Shown here: positions 9,360 through 18,731 of the stretch, piece by piece
Layout of the letters: each line of letters begins with the position of its first letter
Numbering within the stretch: position 1 is the first letter of the stretch
Assembly: GCA_011050075.1 (NCBI GenBank)
Contig: DRGK01000012.1
Span: forward strand, 771 to 64,770
DNA from: Candidatus Jorgensenbacteria bacterium
GTDB lineage: Bacteria; Patescibacteriota; Minisyncoccia; UBA6257; GWB1-50-10
Length of the DNA stretch: 64,000 nt
Direction: 5' to 3'
Notes under the pieces: generated by a model
The model's input: the letters and a program-made list of their open reading frames with translations, nothing else
The model's database searches: none
What the model was told of the DNA's origin: nothing
Position numbers and translations under genes: made by a program

Positions 9360-9773
9360 TTACTTTAATAGATAGGCCTTGAAGGCACGTTCGGTTTCCT
9401 CTGTAATGTTGTGTTGCTTATACTCTTCCGGTTCAATCCACTTATACGCATCATGAGCGCTGCTTAGCTTCACTTCACTATCACCGCTGAGTGAACACTC
9501 AAAAAATATCCCAATAATTTGAATGCGCTCACCGTTAATCTCCGGACGCCATTCTCCAACGTGGAAAGGTTTGCCAACTTTTACGCGTAATCCAGTCTCC
9601 TCAAACACCTCTCTTTTAACAGCGTCATCGTATTGTTCTCCCGGCTCAATTTTACCGCCGGGGAAATCATACTTTCCTTTCTGAGTACCTCCCGCATACC
9701 TCATTGATTCCCGAATAATGAGTATTTTATCCCTGTGAAAAATAACCGAGCGAACAGCTGTAAATTGCTTCAT
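9360..9773 (-). CDS. NUDIX hydrolase (MutT-like)
   Basis: Nudix box GGKIEPGE-x7-REVFEETGL. Confidence 0.9.
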   Translation of the reverse strand: MKQFTAVRSVIFHRDKILIIRESMRYAGGTQKGKYDFPGGKIEPGEQYDDAVKREVFEETGLRVKVGKPFHVGEWRPEINGERIQIIGIFFECSLSGDSEVKLSSAHDAYKWIEPEEYKQHNITEETERAFKAYLLK

Positions 9774-9779
9774 GGTCTT

Positions 9780-10469
9780 TTATTTACTTGGTCGCCGTAT
9801 GATTAATTCCTCTTTAGGTTCTCGTTGCTGTAGGTTTTGCACGATCCTTTCTACAACAAAAGATGGTTGCATGTATTTGTCTATATCTTCCGGTTTCTCT
9901 TCGTCAAAGAGATTCGTCTGCATACCACCCGGGTAAATCGATATGACGGTAATCCCCGAGTCCTTAGTTTCCTTACGAAGCGATTTCGTAAATCCAACCG
10001 CTGCATACTTACTTGCGCAGTACCCGGATGAACCGGACCGTCCTTCCAATGCGCTCGTAGAGAGAATATTAATAATCATACCGCCGTTCTGTTTTCGCAT
10101 TTGAATCAGTGCTACTCGTGAACCATACATGGTGCCAAATAGGTTTACCTCCATCATGTCGTGCACCCGTTTCATGTCCAGTTCCTCTATTGGCCCATGC
10201 GGGATCCATGCACCTGCATTATTGATCCAGATATCAATACGGCCGTACTCGCGAACTACATCACGAGCAAGACTTTCTACATCATTCTCTTTTGTAACGT
10301 CTGCTGCAATTGCAAGTGCGCCAAGCTCCTCAGCTACTTCCTGTAGCTCCTTCTCCGAGCGTGCGCTTATTACCACTTTCGCCCCCTCTTTTGTAAATGT
10401 CTGCGCAAGTTCTCTGCCGAGTCCCTTACTCGCTCCCGTAATTACAACTACTTTATCTTTTAGTTCCAT
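9780..10469 (-). CDS. Short-chain dehydrogenase/reductase
   Basis: TGASKGLG, NNAG, YCASK; start at ATG 10469. Confidence 0.93.
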   Translation of the reverse strand: MELKDKVVVITGASKGLGRELAQTFTKEGAKVVISARSEKELQEVAEELGALAIAADVTKENDVESLARDVVREYGRIDIWINNAGAWIPHGPIEELDMKRVHDMMEVNLFGTMYGSRVALIQMRKQNGGMIINILSTSALEGRSGSSGYCASKYAAVGFTKSLRKETKDSGITVISIYPGGMQTNLFDEEKPEDIDKYMQPSFVVERIVQNLQQREPKEELIIRRPSK

Positions 10470-10532
10470 ATCAAAAAAGATAGCGCCGTACGGCAATACT
10501 GTAAAGTTACTTTTTTTATGCACCACTTAAAT

Positions 10533-10562
10533 AAAAAGCCCGAGTGTTTCAACTCGGGCTTT
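10533..10562 (-). terminator. Intrinsic terminator after the PurA/PurZ0-like gene
   Basis: AAAGCCCGAGT / ACTCGGGCTTT stem, followed by a T-run on the minus strand. Confidence 0.8.
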
Positions 10563-10565
10563 GGG

Positions 10566-11657
10566 TTACCGCCGAAGCCGGCGTAACATATTTAAACGAT
10601 AGGGTTCGAAATCAACCGTGGTACGCGGTCCAGTTTTCACAAGCATCACCTGTACCTGCGTTAGCTGCTCCAATCTATCAATGAAGTCCTCGACTGGTTT
10701 AGTGAGAATGTCTGATTCGTGCATTCCCCAATCGAGATAGTCGGCAAAGGTAACCGCGAGTTCCGTCGGTCGATTTATTCGCGTTGCCCTCACAATACCC
10801 TCATTACTGAATGTAGCCACGCGCCTAACGCGATTGGTAACCGACGTCCTCTCAGTGAGTAGATGAGGCGCGTCTGCTTGGGCAGTCACATCCTCCCACG
10901 TCAATTCCTGAGAGTCGGGGCCAAAAGGACCGCTCTGCCCAGCCACACGAATTGGGTACGTTCGCACTACACCGATGGCGCGTACCGGAAACTCATGCAA
11001 ACCAACCCCTATACCCGCAGCAAGTGCCGCGACGGTTGTGTCACGACTCGTAACGTATGGGAAGTATCCGTGGTCAAGACTCAAGCCAAACCCCTGTGTC
11101 CCCTCTACGAGCACTATGCAATCATCTTCCAGTAAGGTATTTATCACATCTGTTGTATCGCAAAGATATGGTTGCAGCTCAGCAACGTCACGCGCCAATA
11201 CGCATGACTCCTTGCGCAGAACTTTATCAGCTGCCGCCCGGCCAATTCCTTCTCCCGACTGTGCAGAGGTACTGCTGATGCGTACAGCTAGATCACTGTC
11301 TTGTTCGACTCGTTTCTGTTCCTCAGTAATCACGTGCGCCCTATAATCAATACGCAGGCGATGTACAACCGGCAGAAATTTCTCAATAGCAGTTACTTCC
11401 TGGAATAGGAGACTTACATCCAGTAAGGCGTTAATGCCAATAATCAACTGTGCGTGCGGATTAATCCACACCGATGGCAGTTGGCGCATTATGAAACGCT
11501 CATCGTGATAGTAAATCGTATGTCCCGCATTAGCAGCACCAATGCGCACGCCCGCACTCACTGCAGGAGAGAGGTACTCGGTAATTGCGCCTTTCCCCTC
11601 AGAGCCGAATTGCATACCGAACACAATCCATATTTCTCCGAAACGCTCTTTGTTCAT
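10566..11657 (-). CDS. Adenylosuccinate synthetase-family protein, PurZ0-like (candidate 2-aminoadenylosuccinate synthetase)
   Basis: PurA fold motifs (NAGHT, EGTQG, PYVTS) with GSEGKG instead of GDEGKG, RTYPIRVAGQSGP, ERTSVT and TFAD; short archaeal/phage-type length. Confidence 0.8.
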   Translation of the reverse strand: MNKERFGEIWIVFGMQFGSEGKGAITEYLSPAVSAGVRIGAANAGHTIYYHDERFIMRQLPSVWINPHAQLIIGINALLDVSLLFQEVTAIEKFLPVVHRLRIDYRAHVITEEQKRVEQDSDLAVRISSTSAQSGEGIGRAAADKVLRKESCVLARDVAELQPYLCDTTDVINTLLEDDCIVLVEGTQGFGLSLDHGYFPYVTSRDTTVAALAAGIGVGLHEFPVRAIGVVRTYPIRVAGQSGPFGPDSQELTWEDVTAQADAPHLLTERTSVTNRVRRVATFSNEGIVRATRINRPTELAVTFADYLDWGMHESDILTKPVEDFIDRLEQLTQVQVMLVKTGPRTTVDFEPYRLNMLRRLRR

Positions 11658-11700
11658 TAATAAACTCCTTCAGTCTATTTACTGGTAATGTTCTACTAAT

Positions 11701-11730
11701 CTTATACTACAACACCAGTATATGTGTCAA
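11701..11730 (-). promoter_or_regulatory. Sigma70-type promoter of the PurZ0-like gene
   Basis: TTGACA-18 nt-TATAAG; SD AAGGAG before the ATG. Confidence 0.55.
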
Positions 11731-11760
11731 TAATACGCTCTTGCTGTTATATGCTTTTCA

Positions 11761-13002
11761 CTATCCCTTATTTATATTTTGCAGCAATTCTTTCACCGTC
11801 TGCACCTCATCCCACGGTTGTTTTTTGCCGTTCGGACCGTAAAACCACTTCTGGCTGCCAATGCCGGTAATTATTACAATATCTTTTTCGCGTGCGATGC
11901 TTAGCGCTTTTTTAATAGCTTCCGTGCGGTCAATAATCTCATACACCTTCTGCGGTTTTTCTGGCGACTCGGCAATACCGCGCTTCATATCTTCAATGAT
12001 CGCACGCGGGTCTTCGTCATACGGGTCTTCACTTGTTAGAATTACCACATCACCGTAGCTCGCAGCAATTTTACCATGCTCAGGACGCTTCCACGTATCC
12101 CGACCGCCTCCAGCAGCTCCCAAAACACAAATGAGGTGTGAGGAGTCAGTAAAGTCGTAGTTCGTACGGAGGTTTCGATAAACGGCAGTCAGCGACTCAG
12201 GTGTATGAGCATAATCAACGACAACCGAAAACGGCTTCTTTTGCACAAACTCCATCCTCCCCGGCACACCGGGGAACTCGGCGAGCGCTCGCTGTATCGT
12301 GCCGCGATTAACACCACGCAGGCGTGCTAAAGCAACTGCTGCTGCAACATTTTCAACATTAAAATCGGCACGCAGCCACTCCTGATGATATGTTGCCCGT
12401 AGTCCTTCTACCATCTTGAACACGTCATTCTTGCTAAACCATATCACCTCACCACTCCGTACGCGTTTCGCAACTTCATAAAACAACATTGAATCCTGGT
12501 CGTCTCTGTTAATGAGAAAATACTGCCGTGATTTTTTTGAGTGTTTCAGCGAACGAAAAAAATTGAGTTTTGCTTCCCGATATTTTTCAAATGAACCATG
12601 CGCTTCAATGTGTTCTGGATGAAGGTTCAAAAAAACAGCAACATCCCAGTCAATAAATCGATGACGGTGCTGTGTGGTTCCTTGGGAGGTTACCTCAACA
12701 AACGCATACGTACATCTTTCAGTGGCGGCTCTGTGCAAAAACCGCTGCAAACGCCACCGTCCAGGCATAGTGTTCGACCATTCATTGGGTTCTGTTTCGG
12801 TACCGATCTTCTGACGCACAGTGGACAGAAGCGCTGTCCGTTCGCCCGCCGCTTCAAAAATAACATTCATGAGTTCTATGACTGTTGATTTTCCTTTTGT
12901 TCCGGTCACCCCGACCACAAATAATCTCCTACTCGGGCGACGATATCGGATACTTCCCGTCCAGGCGAGTACGGTGTGATAAAAAGAACGGAGCATATTC
13001 AT
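11761..13002 (-). CDS. murE: UDP-N-acetylmuramyl-tripeptide synthetase
   Basis: GVTGTKGKST, EVTS, VPGRME, DYAHTP, GGGRD, EDPYDEDP. Confidence 0.92.
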   Translation of the reverse strand: MNMLRSFYHTVLAWTGSIRYRRPSRRLFVVGVTGTKGKSTVIELMNVIFEAAGERTALLSTVRQKIGTETEPNEWSNTMPGRWRLQRFLHRAATERCTYAFVEVTSQGTTQHRHRFIDWDVAVFLNLHPEHIEAHGSFEKYREAKLNFFRSLKHSKKSRQYFLINRDDQDSMLFYEVAKRVRSGEVIWFSKNDVFKMVEGLRATYHQEWLRADFNVENVAAAVALARLRGVNRGTIQRALAEFPGVPGRMEFVQKKPFSVVVDYAHTPESLTAVYRNLRTNYDFTDSSHLICVLGAAGGGRDTWKRPEHGKIAASYGDVVILTSEDPYDEDPRAIIEDMKRGIAESPEKPQKVYEIIDRTEAIKKALSIAREKDIVIITGIGSQKWFYGPNGKKQPWDEVQTVKELLQNINKG

Positions 13003-13571
13003 GAAAGTCTCTGCAGTGCAGCTCGTAAACGCTCTTCCAGTTTCTTCGGCTCACTGCCAAGTTGTGCTATTGCTTCTTTCACTTCGCGACGTGCATACCC
13101 CAGTTTTACCAACGCCTCTTCAATGTCTACATCAACATCCATAGTCTCCGTAATCTCATCAGTCTTCGGCAAGTGAAGCTTGTTTTGCAGCTCTAAAATA
13201 ACTCGTGCGGCGGTCTTCTTTCCAATGCCGGATGTACGCGTGAGAAAATCGGTGCGACGCTCAATAATTGCCGCCACAATCCGGTCTACCGTATCCACGT
13301 CCAGAATAGCGAGCGCAGTCTTTGGTCCAATACCCGACACCTTAGTAAACATCTCAAACAACTTGAGTGCCTGCGAGTCGGTAAACCCATACAATTCCAT
13401 ATGGTTATCACGAATATAGAGGTGACAATACAATAACACCTCACCTCCTTTACGCTTATTACTGCTGAGAACAGCTTGGTGTGTAAAAACCTTTACGCTC
13501 ACCGCCCCGACACTGACAATAAGATAATTATCTCCCTTGCTCACAATAGTACCGCGAATTGAGTACAGCAT
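12999..13571 (-). CDS. ruvA: Holliday junction DNA helicase RuvA
   Basis: LYGF, VSGIGPKTAL, GIGKKTAARVILEL, EALVKLGY. Confidence 0.96.
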   Translation of the reverse strand: MLYSIRGTIVSKGDNYLIVSVGAVSVKVFTHQAVLSSNKRKGGEVLLYCHLYIRDNHMELYGFTDSQALKLFEMFTKVSGIGPKTALAILDVDTVDRIVAAIIERRTDFLTRTSGIGKKTAARVILELQNKLHLPKTDEITETMDVDVDIEEALVKLGYARREVKEAIAQLGSEPKKLEERLRAALQRLS

Positions 13572-13638
13572 TCCCCTTAGTATAGTCCATACCCGCTATC
13601 TATAAAATCTCTCATAGATTTTGTACTACAATGGAGGC

Positions 13639-14556
13639 ATGGCATTGCGTATCAGACGAAATGTTTCCACCGCACCACTCTCTACCTTCAAGATTGGTGG
13701 CACCGCAGAGTATTATGTAACCGCGCAGGATTCTAATACCATCGTCGCGGCACTGCAGTGGGCAAAAGAGCGCTCCCTTACGCATCATATTATTGCGGGA
13801 GGAAGTAATGTCGTATTTCCTGACAGGCTGCTAAGAGGATTGCTCATCCACATAACAGGTGGCGGCATTCATAGAACAGGGCAGCATCACTTTATAGTAG
13901 ATGCTGGAACACCGCTCGAAAAACTTATTGCAGTCTCAATTGCAGACGGGTTGGCAGGACTGGAAACGCTCACTGATATTCCCGGCACCGTCGGCGGAGC
14001 AATTGTTGGTAATGCCGGTGCATACGGCCACTCAATATCGGAGTCAGTTGACCATGTCCTCATTTGGGACACAGGTCAGACGCGTGAGCTCACTAACGGG
14101 GCGTGCAACTTCAAATATCGCGAAAGTGTTTTCAAGAGCAGGCCGTATATCATACTGCGCACTACGTTCGTGCTCAAACCAGGCAATGCGAAACAATTAA
14201 AAAAGCGCAGTAGAGAAATCAGAGCTGTACGGCGCAAGAAATATGATCAGACACGCAACTGTCCCGGAAGTTTTTTTAAAAACATACTTATAAAGAATGT
14301 ATCAAAACGGGCGCTCGCACAGATTGATAGTGCACGCATCATTAATGGTAAGATCCCCACCGGATACCTTCTCGATTCGGTTGGGGCACGTAATCTAAGG
14401 CGCGGTGGTATACGGGTAACAGATTTCCACGCTAATATTATTGAAAACACCGGTACCGGAACCGCACACGACGTTCGAAAACTCACCGGCGAACTTAAGC
14501 GGCGAGTAAAAGATAAGTTTGGTATAGTACTTGAAGAGGAGGTGCGATTTCTCTAA
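13639..14556 (+). CDS. murB: UDP-N-acetylenolpyruvoylglucosamine reductase
   Basis: TFKIGG, GGSNV, IPGTVGGA-GNAGAYG, FKYRES, GSFFKN, HAN, LEEEV. Confidence 0.96.
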   Translation: MALRIRRNVSTAPLSTFKIGGTAEYYVTAQDSNTIVAALQWAKERSLTHHIIAGGSNVVFPDRLLRGLLIHITGGGIHRTGQHHFIVDAGTPLEKLIAVSIADGLAGLETLTDIPGTVGGAIVGNAGAYGHSISESVDHVLIWDTGQTRELTNGACNFKYRESVFKSRPYIILRTTFVLKPGNAKQLKKRSREIRAVRRKKYDQTRNCPGSFFKNILIKNVSKRALAQIDSARIINGKIPTGYLLDSVGARNLRRGGIRVTDFHANIIENTGTGTAHDVRKLTGELKRRVKDKFGIVLEEEVRFL

Positions 14557-14900
14557 TCACGCTCACGCCGTATCAATGTCCAGTGATATACATACAAAGG
14601 AACACCTATAATAAGTGACGCAAACGCTCCTGCGGCATCACGTTGTCGACGAGACCGACGTTCTTTTTCATAGTATGCATCCAGCTCCTCTTTGGTTGGT
14701 TCTTCTCGTACAGCATCACTTTCTCCAGGTATAAGCTTTGGAGCTGGGCCCGGATACCGATAGGAAATATCAGCATCGGTGAAAATATAGACTTTAAGTC
14801 CCAAGTTCACCAATCGCACCATACCAACAATAATCAGGACAAGCCCCACGAGTGAAAAAAGATATAGGTATGCTGTTCGTATCGTAAGTCTTTTTCTCAT
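14553..14900 (-). CDS. Hypothetical membrane protein (2 TM)
   Basis: YLYLFSLVGL...PLYVYHW two-helix pattern; -10 box just upstream of ATG 14900. Confidence 0.7.
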   Translation of the reverse strand: MRKRLTIRTAYLYLFSLVGLVLIIVGMVRLVNLGLKVYIFTDADISYRYPGPAPKLIPGESDAVREEPTKEELDAYYEKERRSRRQRDAAGAFASLIIGVPLYVYHWTLIRRERD

Positions 14901-14952
14901 ACTCGGTATTATAACACCTAACAAGCACTAGAAATACAGCTATAATAAAATT

Positions 14953-15300
14953 ATGCAGCATACGGCGCTCATTTATCTTGGACAACGATTCATATACCGC
15001 GTCGTTGGGTTTCTTTATCATTGGTACGTCGCCGGCACTCGAGCATACTGGCACGGTGTTGTAGAGTTGTTTGAGCGCATGGACTACGCACTGGCGTGGA
15101 ATATTACGCGCAAGCACCTGTTTAAACCTCTTTACGGTGACTACTCAGTAGTTGGTTACATACTCGGTTTCATATTTCGCATCGGACGCTTATGCGGTGC
15201 GAGTATTGTTTATGTCGTGCTGTTTCTTATTCTGGCAGGTGCATATATTATATGGCTTCTTATACCATTCACACTTGTTGTTAAAATATTATTCGGTTGA
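14953..15300 (+). CDS. Small membrane protein coupled to the Clp ATPase
   Basis: FKPLYGDY...GFIFR motif, hydrophobic C-terminus, stop overlaps the next start. Confidence 0.75.
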   Translation: MQHTALIYLGQRFIYRVVGFLYHWYVAGTRAYWHGVVELFERMDYALAWNITRKHLFKPLYGDYSVVGYILGFIFRIGRLCGASIVYVVLFLILAGAYIIWLLIPFTLVVKILFG

Positions 15301-17807
15301 TGAGTATTTCTGTTAACATATTACGCCTACACCTCTCTGCTGCGAATGAGTTTGTAGTAAAACTTGTAAGCTACACTACGTATGCAATCCTGTTCGCATT
15401 AACGTTTATACTGTTGCTTAATGGCGGTTCACGCCTGCAATGGCTCGGAGCACTTTTCACGTTGTTTCTTATAGATAGAATACTGCACGTTTATAAAGGA
15501 ACATACACCGTACAGCAGCTTGCCGAGCGTGTCGCCGCAGGAAAAACGGTAAACCTCGCCGATGCACTGAATCCAACGACCACTCGTCTTATCAGCACAA
15601 GTTATCAAAAAGCGCTCGCACTCAACGAAAATGTATATCTCGTCCTCCTCAAAAACCTAACAGAGCGCAAAACAATCAAAGGAGCTTTTGAACGGCTTGA
15701 TATTGACCCCAAGCAGTTCATCACACAGGCAAAGGCGTACATTGGCGAGTCAGTCAAGCGCTCGCCGGAAGAGCTCCGCGCGGTACTATTCGACGTTGTT
15801 ACAACAGCATACAAAATCGCAGAACACACCAATGAGCAATACATACAACCGCGCAACCTCTTCGTAGCGCTCGCCGAAACACAAGGGCCTGCCGTAACAA
15901 AGCTCATGCAGTTGTTTAATGTGACCGTCCAAGACCTCCGTGAAGCAGTGCTTATGGGTCGCTTCCGTCCACTCTTCAGGGGTATACGGCGTACGCCATC
16001 AATGCTCGGTGGCTTTGCACACAGACCATTCATGATGCGAAAGCGGATTATGAATCGTTCGTGGACCGCACGCCCAACGGCATATCTTGATAGGTTCAGC
16101 ACAGACCTTACCGCACTCGCACGTCGCGAACAAATTGGACTGCTCATCGGACACAAGAAAGAATTCGCTAAGCTCCTCGCCGTCCTCGCACGTTCCGACA
16201 AGCCAAACACATTATTAGTTGGTGAGCCGGGTACCGGTAAGTCAACAATGATTGCGCACCTTGCGTTTCTCATTATTAAAGACAAGGTGCCTGAAATGCT
16301 GTTTGACAAACGATTGCTCTCACTGGATATCGGTTCGCTTATTGCAAACGCACAACCGGACGAACTCGCAGGGCGTCTTAAGCGCATCGCGGAAGAAATT
16401 ATTCAGGCGGGCAATATCGTGCTCTTCATTCCGAACATACACAACTTATTCAAGTCCATAGGCGGCGAAGATTCATTTAATGCAATGGATATCTTGCTTC
16501 CCATAATCCAAAGTAATGCGATACCGCTCATCGGTGAGACATACCCGCACGAGTATAAGAAGTATATTACGCAGCGCTCCGAGGTCCGCGAACAATTTGA
16601 AACCATACAAGTGGAAGAGGTTTCTCAAGAAGAAGCTCTCCGCATTCTCGTATACCAAGCACTGCTTCTGGAACGGCAATTTGGGGTATTCATTACCTAC
16701 CGCGCTATTAAGCAGGCGGTATATCTCGCGTATCGATACCTGCACAATAAACCGCTTCCCTCGGGTGCGGTAGATCTTCTTAAACAGGCTGTGGTACGCA
16801 CTAAACAAGCCGGTGAGAAACGCGTGAGTGCTGATGTGGTAATCGCCATCGCACAGGAACTGAGTAAAATTCCCATCCAACAAGTGAGTGAGCAAGAGAC
16901 GGAGAAACTTCTTAATCTTGAAGACATTATTCACGAACGTCTCATAAACCAGGACACGGCAGTTATTGCAGTTTCCCGAGCACTCCGCGAGTATCGAAGC
17001 GGTCTTTCAAGCGAAGGGCGTCCAATCGCCACATTCCTTTTTGTTGGTCCTACGGGTGTTGGGAAAACCGAGCTCGCGAAGATTCTTGCCGGCGTACAGT
17101 TCGGGTCACGTAAAACGCTTGAACGATTTGATATGTCTGAATACCAGGACAAACAAAGTACGTTCCGCCTCATCGGTACGCCTGATGGTAAAAAAACCGG
17201 CACACTCACCGATGCAATTCTGGAAAACCCGTACCGACTAATTCTTTTGGATGAATTTGAAAAAGCACATCCCGATGTACTGAATATCTTCCTGCAAGTA
17301 TTTGATGATGGGAGATTAACCGACAGCTTGGGACGCACTGTTAATTTTGAGAACACTATCATTATTGCTACGTCTAATGCTCATTCTAATTTTATTAAAG
17401 AGTCTATTGAAGCAGGCAAGTCGGTACCAGATATCAGCGGGGAGCTAAAAAGAAAGCTCACCACATACTTCAAGCCGGAGCTCTTGAACAGGTTCTCCGA
17501 CACCGTGGTGTTCCGCACCTTAAATAGAGAGGAGATAAAGAAGATCGCCAAGATCCTCATTCGGGAAACCGCTGAGACACTCACGGAAAAACATGGTATC
17601 GCACTTGAGATTGATGACTCGGCGCTCACTCAGATTGCCGAACTGGGATTCTCATCGGTATTCGGCGCCAGACCGCTTCGCAACACCATATCCGAACACA
17701 TACGGAGTGTTCTGGCAGATAAATTATTACGCAAAGAACTCGGACGCGGAAACACGGTCCGTGTCTCTTATGACGACAGTACGTTCCAGTTCTCTGTTAT
17801 TGAATAA
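15297..17807 (+). CDS. ClpA/B-family AAA+ ATPase with N-terminal TM helices
   Basis: Two NBDs: GEPGTGKS and GPTGVGKT/LLDEFEKAH, plus FKPELLNRF and FGARPLR; hydrophobic N-terminus. Confidence 0.92.
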   Translation: MMSISVNILRLHLSAANEFVVKLVSYTTYAILFALTFILLLNGGSRLQWLGALFTLFLIDRILHVYKGTYTVQQLAERVAAGKTVNLADALNPTTTRLISTSYQKALALNENVYLVLLKNLTERKTIKGAFERLDIDPKQFITQAKAYIGESVKRSPEELRAVLFDVVTTAYKIAEHTNEQYIQPRNLFVALAETQGPAVTKLMQLFNVTVQDLREAVLMGRFRPLFRGIRRTPSMLGGFAHRPFMMRKRIMNRSWTARPTAYLDRFSTDLTALARREQIGLLIGHKKEFAKLLAVLARSDKPNTLLVGEPGTGKSTMIAHLAFLIIKDKVPEMLFDKRLLSLDIGSLIANAQPDELAGRLKRIAEEIIQAGNIVLFIPNIHNLFKSIGGEDSFNAMDILLPIIQSNAIPLIGETYPHEYKKYITQRSEVREQFETIQVEEVSQEEALRILVYQALLLERQFGVFITYRAIKQAVYLAYRYLHNKPLPSGAVDLLKQAVVRTKQAGEKRVSADVVIAIAQELSKIPIQQVSEQETEKLLNLEDIIHERLINQDTAVIAVSRALREYRSGLSSEGRPIATFLFVGPTGVGKTELAKILAGVQFGSRKTLERFDMSEYQDKQSTFRLIGTPDGKKTGTLTDAILENPYRLILLDEFEKAHPDVLNIFLQVFDDGRLTDSLGRTVNFENTIIIATSNAHSNFIKESIEAGKSVPDISGELKRKLTTYFKPELLNRFSDTVVFRTLNREEIKKIAKILIRETAETLTEKHGIALEIDDSALTQIAELGFSSVFGARPLRNTISEHIRSVLADKLLRKELGRGNTVRVSYDDSTFQFSVIE

Positions 17808-17810
17808 AGT

Positions 17811-18365
17811 ATGCAGCCATCACAACACATAAAGCGCCAACGATCAGCAGGGTTTATTCTATACCGCACGGTACGTGAAGGTGTGCTGTTTCTTCTGTTG
17901 TTTCATAGTGGTAAGTACTGGAACTTTCCAAAGGGTAAAATAGAGAACGAAAAAGAAAATGTGTGGGACACGGCGATCAGAGAAATTGAAGAGGAAACAG
18001 GATTAACTAAACAGAGTCTTTATTTTAGGAGAGGATTTAAAACAACCGAGCAGTACACATTCACTGAACGCAAGCAAAAAATTACTAAACACGTTACGTA
18101 TTTCCTCGCGGAGTCAAAAAAGACAAATATCATCATCAGCCCGCGCGAACACCGCGGGTATGGCTGGTTCACGTATCGAGAGGCAATTGGTTTTTTAAAA
18201 CACAAGAATGCCCGCAGGAATCTAAAAGAAGCATATGACTTTATTCAAAAGACAGGTGTACGCCGTCGTCAAGACGGTTCCGCGCGGGAACGTCATCACG
18301 TACGCAAAAGTGGCGCAGCACATAAGCCATCCACACGCCCACCGAGCAGTCGGCAACGCGCTTAA
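17811..18365 (+). CDS. NUDIX hydrolase (Ap4A hydrolase-like)
   Basis: SAG, WNFPKG, AIREIEEETGL, SPREH..YGW. Confidence 0.88.
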   Translation: MQPSQHIKRQRSAGFILYRTVREGVLFLLLFHSGKYWNFPKGKIENEKENVWDTAIREIEEETGLTKQSLYFRRGFKTTEQYTFTERKQKITKHVTYFLAESKKTNIIISPREHRGYGWFTYREAIGFLKHKNARRNLKEAYDFIQKTGVRRRQDGSARERHHVRKSGAAHKPSTRPPSSRQRA

Positions 18366-18483
18366 ATGGGAGGGTTATATAATTACTTTTTCGCTTCCTC
18401 TACTATCTTCGCAAACACTTCCGGCTCATCTTTCGCAAGACCCGCAAGCACCTTGCGGTCCAGTTCTATATTCCTCTCTTTAA
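18235..18483 (+). pseudogene. MGMT/ATL (Ogt-like) DNA-binding domain remnant
   Basis: FKRQVYAVVKTVPRGNVITYAKVA...RAVGNAL runs directly into KWEG; the PCHR segment is missing. Confidence 0.7.
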
Positions 18484-18730
18484 GAATATGTATCAATTCC
18501 CCGTATGTTGTGTCGTTCTGACGCGCACCGGCGTTGATGCGTACGTTCCATAAGCGGCGAAAGTTGCGTTTCTTTTCTTTTCGTCCACGAAACGCATGCA
18601 CATGCGCATGCAGAAGCGCTTCTTTCGCAACACTTTTTTTGTTCTTCCTGCCCCACTTGAATCCTTTCGTTGCTTTCAGCAGCCGCTCCCGTTTTTTGTG
18701 TTTTGTTACTCCTCGTTTAACGCGTGTCAT
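18383..18730 (-). CDS. rplT: 50S ribosomal protein L20
   Basis: MTRVKRG, RNFRRLWNVRINA, LDRKVLA. Confidence 0.98.
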   Translation of the reverse strand: MTRVKRGVTKHKKRERLLKATKGFKWGRKNKKSVAKEALLHAHVHAFRGRKEKKRNFRRLWNVRINAGARQNDTTYGELIHILKERNIELDRKVLAGLAKDEPEVFAKIVEEAKK

Positions 18731-18731
18731 A

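Noticed and set aside
10566-11657. Plain purA annotation
   Set aside because: The catalytic Asp of GDEGKG is Ser and other PurZ-type substitutions are present, so the purA symbol was withheld.
15605-16387. 260-aa minus-strand ORF
   Set aside because: Antisense to the Clp ATPase; no recognisable features.
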